A stretch of 64,000 nt of DNA. It comes from Thainema sp. Its GTDB lineage: Bacteria > Cyanobacteriota > Cyanobacteriia > Phormidesmidales > Phormidesmidaceae. Of the stretch, positions 1-12,057 are shown piece by piece (the first letter of the stretch is position 1; each line of letters opens with the position of its first letter). The position numbers and the translations under genes are program-made. The stretch spans positions 1-64,000 of the forward strand of contig JBQLZK010000032.1 of assembly GCA_052168235.1 (NCBI GenBank), given 5' to 3'. A model generated the notes under the pieces. It had not been told where the DNA came from, made no database searches, and saw nothing but the letters and a program-made list of their open reading frames with translations.

Positions 1-151
1 CCTGACCACGCAAGGTCTACACTCTATCACCTTTTAGCCGACCAGTGCCGATCAACCGCTATCCGCGATCCTCAGCACTGGCAAATAGAGCAATTGCAAA
101 TATGAATAATGCCCCGGCAGCAGCTTGGGGCTTTTTATTTGGCTTTTCTTA

Positions 152-247
152 TACTAGACTTTATTTCCAATAAAGTTTTTGGGGTTGGAAATTGTTTTGT
201 AGCGCGACTCCGCCGCGCTACAAAACAATTTCCGATAAAGTCTAGTA
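152..247. mobile_element. ~95-bp MITE-like element (family A)
   Basis: 13-bp terminal inverted repeat TACTAGACTTTAT...ATAAAGTCTAGTA, internal long hairpin; second copy at ~37308-37400. Confidence 0.7.
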
Positions 248-375
248 AATCATCGGGTTTTGACCGGACTTTGTATTACATGAACCGATAGTGGTAGTTA
301 GGTAATGATTTTGTGCTGTGTGGGCGCTGCCCACACAGCACAAAATCATTACCTTTTGAGAACGACCCATGAACC

Positions 376-735
376 CTATGTTGTCAGGGCTGCTTTTTGC
401 CGCGCGAGTTCTTCGCGAATGCCATGACAAATGGCAATCAGAGCCATATCTACAATGCGGTAATAGCGAAATGTGCCTTCGCGACGACAGGCCACAATAC
501 CAGTCGATTTGAGCAGTTGAAGATGCTTTGAGACATTGGCTTGATGCAGACCTGTGCGATCGCAAATCTCCTGCACATTACTTTCACTGCTGCACAGAGT
601 GGCCAAAATACGTAGCCGAGCTGGTTCGCCTAAGAGTTTGAAGCGATTGGCAAGCTGCTCCAACTCATCCAGATTGGCATCAATCTGCGGCATTGCTGGT
701 GTAATGCCGCCAGCCTGATCATAAGCAGTCATCAT
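376..735 (-). CDS. ArsR/SmtB family transcriptional regulator
   Basis: FKLLGEPARLRIL...QANVSKHLQLL...G.V...REG...YY winged-HTH pattern. Confidence 0.9.
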   Translation of the reverse strand: MMTAYDQAGGITPAMPQIDANLDELEQLANRFKLLGEPARLRILATLCSSESNVQEICDRTGLHQANVSKHLQLLKSTGIVACRREGTFRYYRIVDMALIAICHGIREELARQKAALTT

Positions 736-920
736 GTCACTTGCCTGTCGTTTACGTGGATAAATAGACGCGGTTTGCTAGGTTTAATGCTTTAGGGTTA
801 CATTCCTGATGGGATATCACCTAAAGCCCAAACTTGACGCTGTACTAGGTCGAGCAACGAATAGTGAGTTGTCTCTACTATTTTGGCCATCGCTTCTTAA
901 TCTTATATAACCATATAGAA

Positions 921-1340
921 ATGAATTTGAAAATGATTGTAATGAAGTGTATCTGCCAGTGGTCAGTCCTAAGTGCGATCGCAACCGTGCCACTCGGGGC
1001 TGCACTACCAGCCTGGGCGACACCGGGACACATGGCGAACAGTCATCCCCATGCAGATGCTAACGTGCGTGAGCATTCAACAACTCAGCCTGATTCATCG
1101 GCTCAGCCAGATCTCTCGTTTGCGGAGCAGGCCCTAACGGCGCAGGATGCCGTTTTGCGAATTGCCCCCGATCCACGGGCAACCGCCACAGGGCAAATTG
1201 CTGCGGGGACACCTGTGCGGGTGACGCATCAAAGCGATCGCTACTTTTACATTGAGGTTAGTGATCCCGATGAAAACCAGGCGACTGAACCTATTAGAGG
1301 CTGGGTGCTGGCTTGCCAGCTTTATAGCGAGTGTGAATAG
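921..1340 (+). CDS. Secreted protein with C-terminal SH3-like domain (start uncertain)
   Basis: Signal-peptide-like N-terminus (ALPAWA), LR.AP...G.I..G..V.V......GWV pattern. Confidence 0.6.
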   Translation: MNLKMIVMKCICQWSVLSAIATVPLGAALPAWATPGHMANSHPHADANVREHSTTQPDSSAQPDLSFAEQALTAQDAVLRIAPDPRATATGQIAAGTPVRVTHQSDRYFYIEVSDPDENQATEPIRGWVLACQLYSECE

Positions 1341-1400
1341 CGAGTGTAAAAGTGCGTGTGAAAGGTTAAAAATGATCAGAATTGAAGCCCGTCAGTACCA

Positions 1401-2150
1401 ATGGTGAAACTTCCTAGCCGACTCATTCAACTGCCGAGCCAGCAATTAGTAGCCGAACTGGCGCGACGCTTTCCTGATGGTGTGTTTTACAAGCCAACCA
1501 CCGAACGAGTGATAGCGCTGACGATTGATGATTTGCCCAATCTCAACGATCCAGAGGATCAGGGTTTACAGGACATTCTGAGTGCGATCGCAACGTTCAA
1601 CCAAACTTTGCCACCAGACCGCGACCCAGTTCGCGCGACGTTCTTTCTGATCAGCGGCCATTTCAACCTCAACTCAACGGTGCTGCCGCAGATTGTGGCT
1701 CAAGGACATGAAGTTGGCAACCACGGCATCGCCGACATCACCCATGCCAAGCTCAGACAGTATGATTTTGAGCAGCAGTTGCGCCATGCCCATCGACAGC
1801 TATTAACGGCGACACAGGCCGACCAAATTCGCTGGTATCGTCCAGGACGAGGATTCTACAATCGCAACATGCGTCAGGTGCTACAGCACTTTGCCGCTGA
1901 AGTGGGTTATGTACCCAAGTTTGCTCTAGCGTCAATGATTCCGCTGGACACCTACGAATGGGCGGATCATCCCGATTTCACGCTTCAGTACCTGCGTCAG
2001 TTTATTTTTCCTGGCTCAATATTGGTGCTACATGGCGGCACGGCGCGGCGTGTCCGGAATGCAGCGGTTCTGCTGCCATTGTTGCTGGACGAACTGATAG
2101 CTCAAGATTATCGCGTTGTAACCCTGAGCGAACTTTGGGCTGAGACTTAG
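1401..2150 (+). CDS. Polysaccharide deacetylase (NodB/CE4) family protein
   Basis: ALTIDD, ATFF, GHEVGNHG, WYRPG, ILVLHG motifs. Confidence 0.9.
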   Translation: MVKLPSRLIQLPSQQLVAELARRFPDGVFYKPTTERVIALTIDDLPNLNDPEDQGLQDILSAIATFNQTLPPDRDPVRATFFLISGHFNLNSTVLPQIVAQGHEVGNHGIADITHAKLRQYDFEQQLRHAHRQLLTATQADQIRWYRPGRGFYNRNMRQVLQHFAAEVGYVPKFALASMIPLDTYEWADHPDFTLQYLRQFIFPGSILVLHGGTARRVRNAAVLLPLLLDELIAQDYRVVTLSELWAET

Positions 2151-2186
2151 AGTTGTGAATTAAATAGTCTGTCAATCATTCCATCC

Positions 2187-2215
2187 GTAGAGACACGGCA
2201 ATGCCGTGTCCCTAC
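2187..2215. repeat. GTAG-type REP palindrome (CACGGCAATGCCGTG class)
   Basis: GTAGAGACACGGCAATGCCGTGTCCCTAC; related copies at 19951-19979 and 38302-38330. Confidence 0.8.
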
Positions 2216-2562
2216 CCAAAGATTTCACCTTATTAAATCCATGTTCCTTAGGATTGTGAACTAAATACGTTCGATGTTGGGTTAGGGGCGGGTTTTGCCG
2301 TCAACTCTATGACACGATGCAGATTGATCGACTAAACCCGCCTCTACAGTAGCAAACAGAACAAAATACCCCTTTTGAAGGACTAAGCCGAGAGTTGCGA
2401 TCGCGCAAACCTAGCTAATATGGCAGTGTATTACCATCACCTGAGTAGTACTATTCAAACCGTAACGGTGATGATAAGTCAGATTGCTTATGGAATCAGC
2501 AGTTCAACCGTGCTCGACGCTATAACCAATCTGATCAGCATGATATCGATTTGGACGAGTAA

Positions 2563-4677
2563 ATGGTAATTCAACTAGGCCGCGATATTTGTGGCGATCT
2601 ACACAACGCAGAGCAGCGGGAATGGTTGGTGACGAACGGGATTGGCGGCTATGCCTGCGGTACGTTATCCGGCATGCTGACTCGACACTATCACGGACTG
2701 CTGATTGCCGCGCTTAAGCCACCGCTGGAGCGGACGCTGCTGTTGACGAAGCTCGATGAAACGGTTCACTATGCCGATCAGTCCTATGCCCTATTTTGCG
2801 ATCGCTGGGGCGACGGCTCCATCCCATCTCATGGATACCGCTACATTGAGCGGTTTCACCTAGATGGCAGCATCCCAGTTTGGGAATATGCGGTCGGGGA
2901 TGCGCTGCTGGAAAAGCGAATCTGGATGCAGCAGGGAGAAAATACGACCTACATTCAATACGCCCTGACGAGAGCCAGTGAACCATTAACACTACAGGTG
3001 AGAGCGCTGGTGAATTATCGTGATCACAGTTACGGTACTCATGTCCAGCCCGAAACTGCAAATGATTGGCAGATGGAGGTTCAACAGGTTGATCAGGGCA
3101 TTCAAATTACCGCCTTCGATGATGCAGTGCCGTTTTACCTAATGCCAAATAGCTCGACGACTGCGCCGCTTCAGCAATCAGTTCATCACATCTGGTATCA
3201 CAACTATCGCTTAGCCATTGAACGCTACCGGGGCATTGATCCCACGGATGACCATCTCCATGCCGCGACGTTTGAGCTACAGCTCCAGCCTGGACAAATC
3301 TGGACGCTGATTGCTAGTACTAATGCTGAAGCTGAAACAGATAGCGCGATCGCACTTGCCAAACAAAAGCAGTTTGAACAGGACTTAGTTGATCGATGGC
3401 AGCAGGTTTCCCTGATACCGAATCAGCCAGCCACAGTATCCCAAACTTCACACCAGAAGCTATTCAAAGATCTGGAAGTCGCACGACTCAAAGCAGCGGT
3501 TTTAGCTGCCAACCAGTTTGTCGTGCAGCGTCCACTGGCTGATGGCTCGATTGGACAAACGGTGATTGCAGGCTATCCCTGGTTTGGCGACTGGGGCCGA
3601 GACACGATGATTAGCCTACCTGGACTTGCGATCGCAACGGGTCGCCCGGAAATTGCCCGCCCCATTCTGCTCACTTTTGCGACGTATATTGACCAGGGCA
3701 TGCTGCCAAATGTCTTCCCTGAAGTTGGCGCAAGTCCCCACTACAACACCGTAGACGCGACGCTCTGGTACTTCGAGGCGATTCGCTCTTACTACAACTC
3801 AACAGATGACATTGAGCTGGTTCGGCAGCTCTTTCCAGCTCTGGCTGACATTGTCCGCTGGCACCAAAAAGGCACGCGCTACAACATCAAGCTGGATCAA
3901 GATGGACTGATCTATGCCGGAGCAGCGGACGTGCAGCTAACCTGGATGGATGCCAAGGTCGATGACTGGGTGGTCACACCGCGCATCGGCAAACCCGTCG
4001 AAATCAACGCTCTATGGTACAACGCACTGTGCATCATGGCCCAGTTCGCTACGCTGATTGGGGAATCACCGGATTCTTATCGACAATCAGCAGAACAAAC
4101 GCGGCAAGGCTTTCAGCGCTTTTGGTCAGATGAACTAGGCTACTGCTACGATGTACTCGATACTCCCAATGGAGATGACGCATCGCTGCGCCCCAATCAG
4201 ATTTTCGCTGTTTCTCTACCGACTCTGACCCGTACCGTCACGGGTAAAGTTAAGCCTCCCGTGAAAGTCGAACCACTGCTTCAACCCCAGCAGCAAAAAG
4301 CACTTCTTGAACAAGTTAGCCGCTTTCTACTCACGTCTCACGGGTTGAGATCGCTAGCTCCAGATCAGCCGGACTATCACGGCATCTACAGCGGCAATCT
4401 CTACCAGCGTGACGCCGCTTATCACCAAGGCACAGTCTGGGGCTGGCTAATCGGGCCGTATGCTCAAGCTCACTGGCAGGTGTATGGCGATCCTGCGATC
4501 GCACGTCGGTTCCTAGAGCCACTACTGGATCATCTCTACGGTGGCTGCGTGGGCAACATGAGCGAAATCTTTGATGGTGATCCCCCGTTCAAGCCACGAG
4601 GCGCATTTGCCCAAGCCTGGACGGTGGCAGAAGTACTGCGGGTTTGGTCACTGCTCAGCAGCGAATTACAGTCATAA
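2563..4677 (+). CDS. Glycogen debranching enzyme (amylo-alpha-1,6-glucosidase, archaeal/GDE type)
   Basis: EWLVTNGIGGY, IAGYPWFGDWGRDTMI, LTWMDA, AYHQGTVW, AQAWTVAE motifs. Confidence 0.92.
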   Translation: MVIQLGRDICGDLHNAEQREWLVTNGIGGYACGTLSGMLTRHYHGLLIAALKPPLERTLLLTKLDETVHYADQSYALFCDRWGDGSIPSHGYRYIERFHLDGSIPVWEYAVGDALLEKRIWMQQGENTTYIQYALTRASEPLTLQVRALVNYRDHSYGTHVQPETANDWQMEVQQVDQGIQITAFDDAVPFYLMPNSSTTAPLQQSVHHIWYHNYRLAIERYRGIDPTDDHLHAATFELQLQPGQIWTLIASTNAEAETDSAIALAKQKQFEQDLVDRWQQVSLIPNQPATVSQTSHQKLFKDLEVARLKAAVLAANQFVVQRPLADGSIGQTVIAGYPWFGDWGRDTMISLPGLAIATGRPEIARPILLTFATYIDQGMLPNVFPEVGASPHYNTVDATLWYFEAIRSYYNSTDDIELVRQLFPALADIVRWHQKGTRYNIKLDQDGLIYAGAADVQLTWMDAKVDDWVVTPRIGKPVEINALWYNALCIMAQFATLIGESPDSYRQSAEQTRQGFQRFWSDELGYCYDVLDTPNGDDASLRPNQIFAVSLPTLTRTVTGKVKPPVKVEPLLQPQQQKALLEQVSRFLLTSHGLRSLAPDQPDYHGIYSGNLYQRDAAYHQGTVWGWLIGPYAQAHWQVYGDPAIARRFLEPLLDHLYGGCVGNMSEIFDGDPPFKPRGAFAQAWTVAEVLRVWSLLSSELQS

Positions 4678-4754
4678 GCGACGTTAGCGATAGCGTCAGA
4701 ATCATAATCAAGCGATTAATGCGTTACGGCTAACGACTGGCACCGGAAAAAATG

Positions 4755-4812
4755 ATTTTGCCGCTGCGATGCGGCAGCAAAATCATTCTTCTGGAGTTTG
4801 GTGCAAGATGTG
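4755..4812. repeat. Short palindromic repeat family (TTTTGCCGC.GCGATGCGGC.GCAAAAT...GCAAGATGTG)
   Basis: Near-identical copy at ~27795-27851. Confidence 0.65.
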
Positions 4813-4844
4813 TGAAGAGCAATATATTCCCGCTTATTCACACC

Positions 4845-5114
4845 ATGACAATTCCTCGCAGACGTGGAACTTATCTCATCTGGTTTCTCATCGGACTTTT
4901 AGAAGCCTACATCATCGGCTATTGCGCTGCTCGTCTCACCGTTTTTCATACCGTAGAAAATTATCCGGAAGGAAAAGGTGGCCCCAGGCAAGACTACATT
5001 GCCAAACGCGATCAAGAACCGGGACAAGGCTGGGAATATCAGCTATTTTCACCCCTGATCAAGCTTGAAGAAACCGTCATAAACTATACACACAGCCTCA
5101 ATCGAGCAAAATAG
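4845..5114 (+). CDS. Hypothetical small membrane protein
   Basis: ATG at 4845, N-terminal basic stretch then hydrophobic helix; the upstream extension is repeat-derived. Confidence 0.55.
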   Translation: MTIPRRRGTYLIWFLIGLLEAYIIGYCAARLTVFHTVENYPEGKGGPRQDYIAKRDQEPGQGWEYQLFSPLIKLEETVINYTHSLNRAK

Positions 5115-5425
5115 TTCATCGATTGTTCATCAATTCATGTCATTACGTATCAGATACTTGAGTTTTGCAAAGCATCGTTAAGGATAGTCGGGCATAATTG
5201 CACTCCAATCCTCAAGATTTAAGTCAAAGATTCATAGCTTTGATAAGAAATAATGCAGGATGACCGCACCATATCTGACGATTTTCTTAAGGACAGCACG
5301 GCATCCAAATTTCTCGGTCGATAATTCGCAGAAGACTAAAGTAGAGTAAATATCTCTTAGGATCACTCATGGCAGTATTTTGCTATGGTGTTTCTCCCTG
5401 TGCTGTTTTCAGGCCGATAAATAGA

Positions 5426-8400
5426 ATGACTCGTAAAACTTCTCCAGTTCGACAAGGTCTTTACGATCCGCAGTTTGAGCATGATGCCTGCGGTGTTGGT
5501 TTCGTTGTGCAGATGAAAGGGCAAACGTCGCATGACATCGTTGAGCAGGCGTTGACCATTCTGCTGAATCTTGACCATCGGGGTGCCGTCGGTGCTGAAC
5601 CCAACACGGGGGATGGAGCGGGCATCCTGATGCAGCTTTCCCACAAATTTATGCAAAAGGTGGCCGCTGCCGAAGGCTTCACCCTACCGGAAAAAGGGCA
5701 GTATGGCGTCGGCATGATCTACACCTCACCTGATCCAGCGGTGCGGCAGCAGAGCCGAGCGATCTTTGAACAGGTCGCCGCTGAGACTGGTCAAGACGTG
5801 ATTGGCTGGCGGGATGTGCCGACAAATAACGCTAGCCTGGGTGAAACCGCTAAGGCGAGTGAACCATTTATGGAGCAGGTCTTCATCCGCCGCAGCGCCG
5901 ACTTAGCCGACGATCTAGCATTCGAGCGGAAGCTCTATGTCATCCGTAAGCAGGCGCACATGGCCATTCGCCATCCGGGGATTAACCGCTACTGGTATCC
6001 GGCCAGCATTTCCTGTCGCACGCTGGTTTACAAAGGGATGCTGATGCCCGTACAGGTGGGCCAGTATTATCCCGATCTGCATGATCCCGATATGGAAAGT
6101 GCCCTGGGACTGGTGCATTCGCGCTTCAGCACCAATACCTTCCCAAGTTGGGAGCGATCGCACCCCTATCGCTACATCGCCCACAACGGCGAAATCAACA
6201 CCCTGCGCGGCAACATCAACTGGATGCACGCGCGCCAGTCGATGTTCGAGTCGGATCTGTTTGGCGACGACCTGAAGAAAGCGCAGCCGATTATCAACAT
6301 CGACGGTAGTGACTCAACGATTTTCGACAACACGCTGGAGTTACTGACCCTGTCCGGTCGCTCGTTGCCCCATGCGGTGATGATGATGATTCCGGAACCT
6401 TGGGCTGGGCACGAGTCGATGAGCGCTGAGAAGAAGGCGTTTTATGAGTACCACTCCTGTCTAATGGAACCGTGGGATGGCCCTGCATCAATCGCGTTCA
6501 CGGACGGTACGGTGATGGGTGCGGTACTGGATCGCAACGGTCTGCGACCTTCTCGCTACTACGTCACCAGCGATGACCGGGTAATCATGGCCTCAGAAGC
6601 AGGCGTGTTGCCCGTTCCACCAGAGCAGGTGGTGAAGAAGGGACGGCTGGAACCGGGTCGGATGTTCTTGGTCGATATGAGCCAAGGTCGGATTATTGCC
6701 GATGAGGAAATTAAGCACGGCATTGCAACCGAGCAGCCCTACCAAGACTGGTTGAAGCAGAATCTGGTTGATTTAACCGATTTACCGGGACATGAGCAAA
6801 CCAATGGTCATGCCAACGGAAATGGCAATGGCAAACACCCCGTAGGGGCGAATGGCCATTCGCCCCTACCCAATGCCGCACCACCCAGCACCGCACCATT
6901 AAATCAACGGCAACGGGCATTCGGTTATACCTTTGAAGAACTACGGTTACTTCTGTCACCGATGGCGCAGAATGGCGTCGAGGCCGTTGGCGCAATGGGG
7001 ACTGACACGCCGCTAGCGGTGCTGTCCAATCGGCCCAAGCTACTCTACGACTATTTCCAGCAGCTCTTTGCTCAGGTGACAAATCCGCCGATTGATTCAA
7101 TCCGGGAAGCGATTATCACCTCACCCATTACTACCATTGGCAGCGAGCGCAACTTGCTGAAGCCAGAACCAGAAAGCTGTCGGCTAATCAAGCTAAAGAC
7201 GCCAGTGATCAGCAATGCCGAACTTGCGAAGCTAAAGGATATTCAGAATCCCCATTTCGCTTCGACTACGCTGCCCATGCTGTTCGATCCCAAAGCGGGC
7301 GTTGAGGGCCTAGAAGCTGCCATTGATGACATTTGTCAGCAGGCCGATAGTGCGATCGCATCTGGTACTAATTTGATTATCCTTAGCGATCGCAACATCG
7401 ACAAAGACCATGCTGCAATCCCGGCGCTCTTAGCCGTTGCAGGACTGCATCATCACCTGATCCGCAACGGCACTCGCACCCGCGTCGGTCTGGTGCTCGA
7501 ATCCGGTGAGCCGCGCGAAGTGCATCACTTTGCGGTGCTGCTGGGCTATGGCTGCGGCGCGATTAACCCCTATCTCGCCTTCGAGACGATTGAGCACCTG
7601 ATTAACGAAGGTGTGCTGAATGGAGTGGACTGCGCGACCGCCTGCAAGAACTTCATCAAGGCCGTCACCAAAGGCGTAATCAAGATCGGCTCCAAGATTG
7701 GAATCTCGACAATTCAGAGCTATCGCGGGGCGCAGATCTTTGAAGCAATCGGTCTTAACTCTTCGGTGATTGACAAGTACTTTAGCTGGACAGCGTCGCG
7801 GCTGGAAGGTGCAGACCTAGCGGTGTTAACCCAGGAAGCTATCCTGCGGCACGGTCACGCATTCCCCGATCGCGACAGCAAGGATCAAACTCTGGATGTC
7901 GGCGGCGAGTACCAGTGGCGGAAAGATGGTGAGGAGCACCTGTTCAGCCCGGAAACCATTCACATGCTGCAACAGGCGACGCGCTTGGGCGATTACGAAC
8001 TGTATAAGAAATATGCGGCTCGGATTAATGCCCACGGTAAGCAGTACTTCCGGATTCGCGATCTGCTGGAGTTCAAGGCGCGTGAGCCGATTCCGCTGGA
8101 GGAAGTGGAACCCGTTGAGGCGATTATGAAGCGCTTCAAGACGGGGGCGATGAGCTACGGCTCGATCTCGAAGGAGACGCACGAAGCTCTAGCCATTGCC
8201 ATGAACCGGATCGGCGGCAAGTCCAACACAGGCGAAGGCGGCGAAGATCCCGAACGCTACACCTGGACGAATGAGCGCGGCGACTCCAAGAACAGCGCCA
8301 TTAAGCAGGTGGCTTCCGGTCGCTTTGGTGTCACCAGTCTGTACCTGTCCCAGGCACGGGAAATCCAGATCAAGATGGCGCAGGGTGCAAAGCCCGGTGA

Positions 8401-10090
8401 AGGCGGTCAGCTTCCGGGCCTGAAGGTTTACCCCTGGATTGCTAAGGTGCGCCACTCAACTCCCGGCGTGGGCTTAATTTCACCGCCACCGCACCACGAC
8501 ATCTACTCGATTGAAGACCTAGCCCAGTTAATCCATGACCTGAAGAACGCCAATCGCGCGGCACGGGTCAGCGTCAAGCTGGTGTCCGAAGTCGGTGTCG
8601 GTACGGTTGCCGCTGGTGTCGCTAAAGCTCACGCTGATGTGGTGCTGATCTCTGGCTTTGATGGTGGTACGGGTGCCTCACCCCAAACCTCAATTAAGCA
8701 CGCGGGTTTACCGTGGGAACTCGGCTTAGCCGAAACTCATCAAACCCTAGTGCTGAACAACCTGCGCAGCCGGATTGCCGTCGAAACCGATGGTCAGATG
8801 AAGACTGGACGCGATGTTGCGATCGCAACTCTGCTGGGTGCAGAAGAATATGGGTTCTCGACTGCCCCGCTGGTCTCTCTAGGCTGCATCATGATGCGGG
8901 TTTGCCATAAGAACACCTGCCCGGTCGGCGTGGCTACTCAGAACCCGGAACTGCGGAAGAACTTTACGGGCGATCCGCAGCATACGGTTAACTTCATGAC
9001 CTTTATCGCCCAGGAACTGCGGGAAATCATGGCCGAGCTGGGCTTCCGCACGATCAACGAAATGGTTGGTCGCACGGATGTCCTGGAGCCGAAGAAAGCC
9101 ATCGATCACTGGAAGGCAAAGGGCATTGACCTGTCCAAGATTCTCTACCGGCCCGACGTCGGCCCAGAAATTGGCCGCTACTCCCAGATTCCTCAGGATC
9201 ACGGCCTGGAAAAGTCGCTAGACATGACCAAGCTGCTGGATTTGTGTCAGCCTGCGATTGAAAACGGCGAAAAGGTACGCGCCACGCTGCCGATTACCAA
9301 TGTGAATCGCGTCGTCGGCACCATCCTGGGCAACGAAATCAGCAAGCGCCACTGGGACGGTCTGCCGGAAGACACAGTGCATCTCCACTTCCAGGGCAGC
9401 GCTGGCCAAAGCTTCTCGGCTTTTGTGCCCAAAGGGGTGACGATGGAGCTAGAAGGGGACGCCAATGACTACCTGGGTAAGGGGCTAAGCGGCGGCAAGA
9501 TCATCCTCTATCCGCCCAAGGCATCAACCTTTGTAGCCGAGGAGAACATCATCACAGGCAACGTCGCCTTCTACGGTGCCACGGGCGGTGAAGCCTACAT
9601 TCGCGGCTTAGCGGGTGAGCGTTTCTGCGTCCGCAACTCCGGTGTCCGTGCCGTGGTGGAAGGGGTGGGCGACCACGCCTGCGAATACATGACGGGCGGT
9701 AAAGCGGTGATTATTGGCCCCACCGGACGCAACTTTGCGGCAGGCATGAGCGGCGGCGTTGCCTACGTGCTGGATGAAGCGGGCGATTTTGCTACGCGCT
9801 GCAACACCGAAATGGTGGATCTGGAGCAACTGGCAGACCCAGAGGAAATTCTAGAGCTGCACGACATGCTGCAAAATCATCTGCGCTATACAGGCAGTGA
9901 AAAATGCGATCGCATTTTGGCAGCCTGGAATGACATGGTGCCCAAGTTCGTGAAGGTCATGCCGCGCGACTACAAGCGGGTGCTCCAGCACATCCAAAAG
10001 GCAATGGCGGATGGTCTAGATGGCGACGATGCTCTCTCGGCAGCGTTCGAAGAAAACGCCCGCGATATTGCCCGCATCAGCGGCAGTTAA
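5426..10090 (+). CDS. gltB: Glutamate synthase large subunit
   Basis: EHDACGVG N-terminal nucleophile, [26 protein letters not shown]...CPVG [3Fe-4S] motif, GltB C-terminal GXGXG repeats; paired with gltD. Confidence 0.97.
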   Translation: MTRKTSPVRQGLYDPQFEHDACGVGFVVQMKGQTSHDIVEQALTILLNLDHRGAVGAEPNTGDGAGILMQLSHKFMQKVAAAEGFTLPEKGQYGVGMIYTSPDPAVRQQSRAIFEQVAAETGQDVIGWRDVPTNNASLGETAKASEPFMEQVFIRRSADLADDLAFERKLYVIRKQAHMAIRHPGINRYWYPASISCRTLVYKGMLMPVQVGQYYPDLHDPDMESALGLVHSRFSTNTFPSWERSHPYRYIAHNGEINTLRGNINWMHARQSMFESDLFGDDLKKAQPIINIDGSDSTIFDNTLELLTLSGRSLPHAVMMMIPEPWAGHESMSAEKKAFYEYHSCLMEPWDGPASIAFTDGTVMGAVLDRNGLRPSRYYVTSDDRVIMASEAGVLPVPPEQVVKKGRLEPGRMFLVDMSQGRIIADEEIKHGIATEQPYQDWLKQNLVDLTDLPGHEQTNGHANGNGNGKHPVGANGHSPLPNAAPPSTAPLNQRQRAFGYTFEELRLLLSPMAQNGVEAVGAMGTDTPLAVLSNRPKLLYDYFQQLFAQVTNPPIDSIREAIITSPITTIGSERNLLKPEPESCRLIKLKTPVISNAELAKLKDIQNPHFASTTLPMLFDPKAGVEGLEAAIDDICQQADSAIASGTNLIILSDRNIDKDHAAIPALLAVAGLHHHLIRNGTRTRVGLVLESGEPREVHHFAVLLGYGCGAINPYLAFETIEHLINEGVLNGVDCATACKNFIKAVTKGVIKIGSKIGISTIQSYRGAQIFEAIGLNSSVIDKYFSWTASRLEGADLAVLTQEAILRHGHAFPDRDSKDQTLDVGGEYQWRKDGEEHLFSPETIHMLQQATRLGDYELYKKYAARINAHGKQYFRIRDLLEFKAREPIPLEEVEPVEAIMKRFKTGAMSYGSISKETHEALAIAMNRIGGKSNTGEGGEDPERYTWTNERGDSKNSAIKQVASGRFGVTSLYLSQAREIQIKMAQGAKPGEGGQLPGLKVYPWIAKVRHSTPGVGLISPPPHHDIYSIEDLAQLIHDLKNANRAARVSVKLVSEVGVGTVAAGVAKAHADVVLISGFDGGTGASPQTSIKHAGLPWELGLAETHQTLVLNNLRSRIAVETDGQMKTGRDVAIATLLGAEEYGFSTAPLVSLGCIMMRVCHKNTCPVGVATQNPELRKNFTGDPQHTVNFMTFIAQELREIMAELGFRTINEMVGRTDVLEPKKAIDHWKAKGIDLSKILYRPDVGPEIGRYSQIPQDHGLEKSLDMTKLLDLCQPAIENGEKVRATLPITNVNRVVGTILGNEISKRHWDGLPEDTVHLHFQGSAGQSFSAFVPKGVTMELEGDANDYLGKGLSGGKIILYPPKASTFVAEENIITGNVAFYGATGGEAYIRGLAGERFCVRNSGVRAVVEGVGDHACEYMTGGKAVIIGPTGRNFAAGMSGGVAYVLDEAGDFATRCNTEMVDLEQLADPEEILELHDMLQNHLRYTGSEKCDRILAAWNDMVPKFVKVMPRDYKRVLQHIQKAMADGLDGDDALSAAFEENARDIARISGS
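6842..6869. repeat. Perfect GTAG-type REP palindrome inside gltB
   Basis: GTAGGGGCGAATGGCCATTCGCCCCTAC, same family as intergenic copies at 10101, 17527, 47428, 47470, 52944. Confidence 0.85.
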
Positions 10091-10094
10091 TCGA

Positions 10095-10134
10095 CATGTC
10101 GTAGGGGCAAATGGCCATTTGCCCCTACGACATG
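10095..10134. repeat. REP palindrome with extended stem downstream of gltB (possible terminator or RNA stabiliser)
   Basis: CATGTCGTAGGGGCAAATGGCCATTTGCCCCTACGACATG perfect palindrome. Confidence 0.8.
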
Positions 10135-10150
10135 CGTAACATCGACACAT

Positions 10151-10408
10151 TTAGGGAGTTCGAGTAGAGAGGCTTTCGAGGAGAATAGCTGTAAAGTTAG
10201 AGACCACTGAAACAACGGCAGTCGCAATGATCACCCAAATGGCTCCTTGAATCATGCGATCGGATGTGTTTGTACGAAGTTGAATTTGGCCTTTAGAAAA
10301 TCTAGGTTTTCGGCTCAAATCCTTTACTTCTTGTCGCAAACTCTGAATGTCTTTACTCAACTGAAGCAGAGCATCCCGAATGTCTTGATTATCTGAAATA
10401 TTTGACAT
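10151..10408 (-). CDS. Hypothetical protein, coiled coil plus C-terminal transmembrane helix
   Basis: 85 aa ORF, heptad-like N-terminus, hydrophobic IWVIIATAVVSVV. Confidence 0.6.
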   Translation of the reverse strand: MSNISDNQDIRDALLQLSKDIQSLRQEVKDLSRKPRFSKGQIQLRTNTSDRMIQGAIWVIIATAVVSVVSNFTAILLESLSTRTP

Positions 10409-10514
10409 TACCGCTTCTCCATCTGCTGTCGATGCCTCAATTTTAACCAGTCATTTTCTCAGCGCTTCTGACTCAACAATCCCACTGTTAACTCTTTAAA
10501 TACCGACAAGAATT

Positions 10515-11999
10515 ATGGGCAAACCAACCGGATTTATGGAATTTTTGCGCGAGGTAGCAACTGAAGTTGCACCCAGCGATCGCATTCGCAACTGGGATGA
10601 ATTTCATCTGCACATGCCCGATGAGAAGTTGCAAACTCAGGGCGCTCGCTGCATGGATTGCGGCACTCCCTTCTGCCACACGGGCATGGAAATTAATCGC
10701 GCCGCTAGCGGTTGTCCAATTAATAATCTGATCCCGGAATGGAATGATTTAATTTATCGGGGACGCTGGCAAGAAGCACTCGATCGGCTGCACAAGACCA
10801 ACAATTTCCCAGAGTTCACCGGACGCGTCTGCCCCGCTCCCTGTGAAGGAGCCTGCGTTCTGGGCATCATCGAGCCGCCCGTTACAATCAAAAATATTGA
10901 GTATTCCATTGCCGAGAAGGGTTGGGAAGAGGGCTGGATTACGCCCACGCCACCGAGTAAGCGGACGGGTAAGAAAGTTGCCGTCGTCGGTTCTGGGCCA
11001 GCAGGCTTATCAGCAGCAGCCCAGTTGAACTCGGCTGGTCACTGGGTGACGGTCTACGAACGCGCCGATCGGCCCGGTGGTCTACTCATGTACGGCATTC
11101 CCAACATGAAGCTAGATAAGAAAAAGGTGGTGATGCGCCGCTTAGATGTCCTAGAAGCCGAAGGCATCACCTTTATCTGCAACACCGAAATCGGCAAAGA
11201 TATTCCCACCGAAAAGCTGATGAATGACTTTGATGCGGTGGTTCTCTGCACGGGTTCCACTCGTCCGCGTGATTTACCGATTGAAGGCCGCGATCTACAG
11301 GGCATTCACTTTGCAATGGAGTTTTTGACAGCCAATACTCAAGCGGTGCTGAATGGTGCTCCGGATGAGAACTACATCTCAGCGGCTGGGAAAGACGTGG
11401 TGATTATCGGCGGCGGCGATACGGGCACAGACTGTGTGGGCACCTCGATTCGGCACGGCTGCACCAGCGTCACTCAGATTGAAATTATGCCCAAGCCGCC
11501 GGAAACTCGCGCTCCCAACAATCCCTGGCCGGAGTGGCCCAAGATTTACCGCATGGACTATGGCCAGGAAGAAGCTGCGGCAATGTTTGGCGATGATCCA
11601 CGGGTGTACACCACCACAGCGACCAAGTTTGAGGGCGACGAAAACGGCCAAGTTCGAGCCGTTCATACCGTCCAGGTCGAATGGACGCGCAACGAGCAGG
11701 GACAGTTTATTCCCCAGCATGTTCCAGGAACAGAAAAGGTCGTTCCGGCTCAACTGGTGTTGCTAGCAATGGGTTTCCTAGGGCCAGAGCAGCCGATTAT
11801 TGATGCGCTCGGTCTAGAGCAAGATGGCCGCAGCAACATCAAAGCTGAGCATGAGCAGTATACAACCAGCATTCCTGGTGTATTTGCCGCTGGCGACTGC
11901 CGTCGAGGTCAAAGCCTGGTTGTGTGGGCGTTCAACGAAGGTCGCGGGGTAGCGCGAGAGTGCGATCGCTATTTGATGGGTGCAACTGAGCTTCCTTGA
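10515..11999 (+). CDS. gltD: Glutamate synthase small subunit (NAD(P)H-dependent)
   Basis: [52 protein letters not shown]. Confidence 0.97.
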   Translation: MGKPTGFMEFLREVATEVAPSDRIRNWDEFHLHMPDEKLQTQGARCMDCGTPFCHTGMEINRAASGCPINNLIPEWNDLIYRGRWQEALDRLHKTNNFPEFTGRVCPAPCEGACVLGIIEPPVTIKNIEYSIAEKGWEEGWITPTPPSKRTGKKVAVVGSGPAGLSAAAQLNSAGHWVTVYERADRPGGLLMYGIPNMKLDKKKVVMRRLDVLEAEGITFICNTEIGKDIPTEKLMNDFDAVVLCTGSTRPRDLPIEGRDLQGIHFAMEFLTANTQAVLNGAPDENYISAAGKDVVIIGGGDTGTDCVGTSIRHGCTSVTQIEIMPKPPETRAPNNPWPEWPKIYRMDYGQEEAAAMFGDDPRVYTTTATKFEGDENGQVRAVHTVQVEWTRNEQGQFIPQHVPGTEKVVPAQLVLLAMGFLGPEQPIIDALGLEQDGRSNIKAEHEQYTTSIPGVFAAGDCRRGQSLVVWAFNEGRGVARECDRYLMGATELP

Positions 12000-12057
12000 T
12001 TGGGCAGATAACTCATCCATCTCATGAGAGAATAGGACTTTCACGAGACTTAATTTC

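Noticed and set aside
109..291. 60-aa ORF, and similarly 36778-37035, 49098-49574, 54772-55031, 62792-63010
   Set aside because: Derived from repeats or antisense to real genes
5114..5425. Riboswitch upstream of gltB (or of cobW)
   Set aside because: No recognisable conserved motif by eye; an Rfam/Infernal scan would be needed
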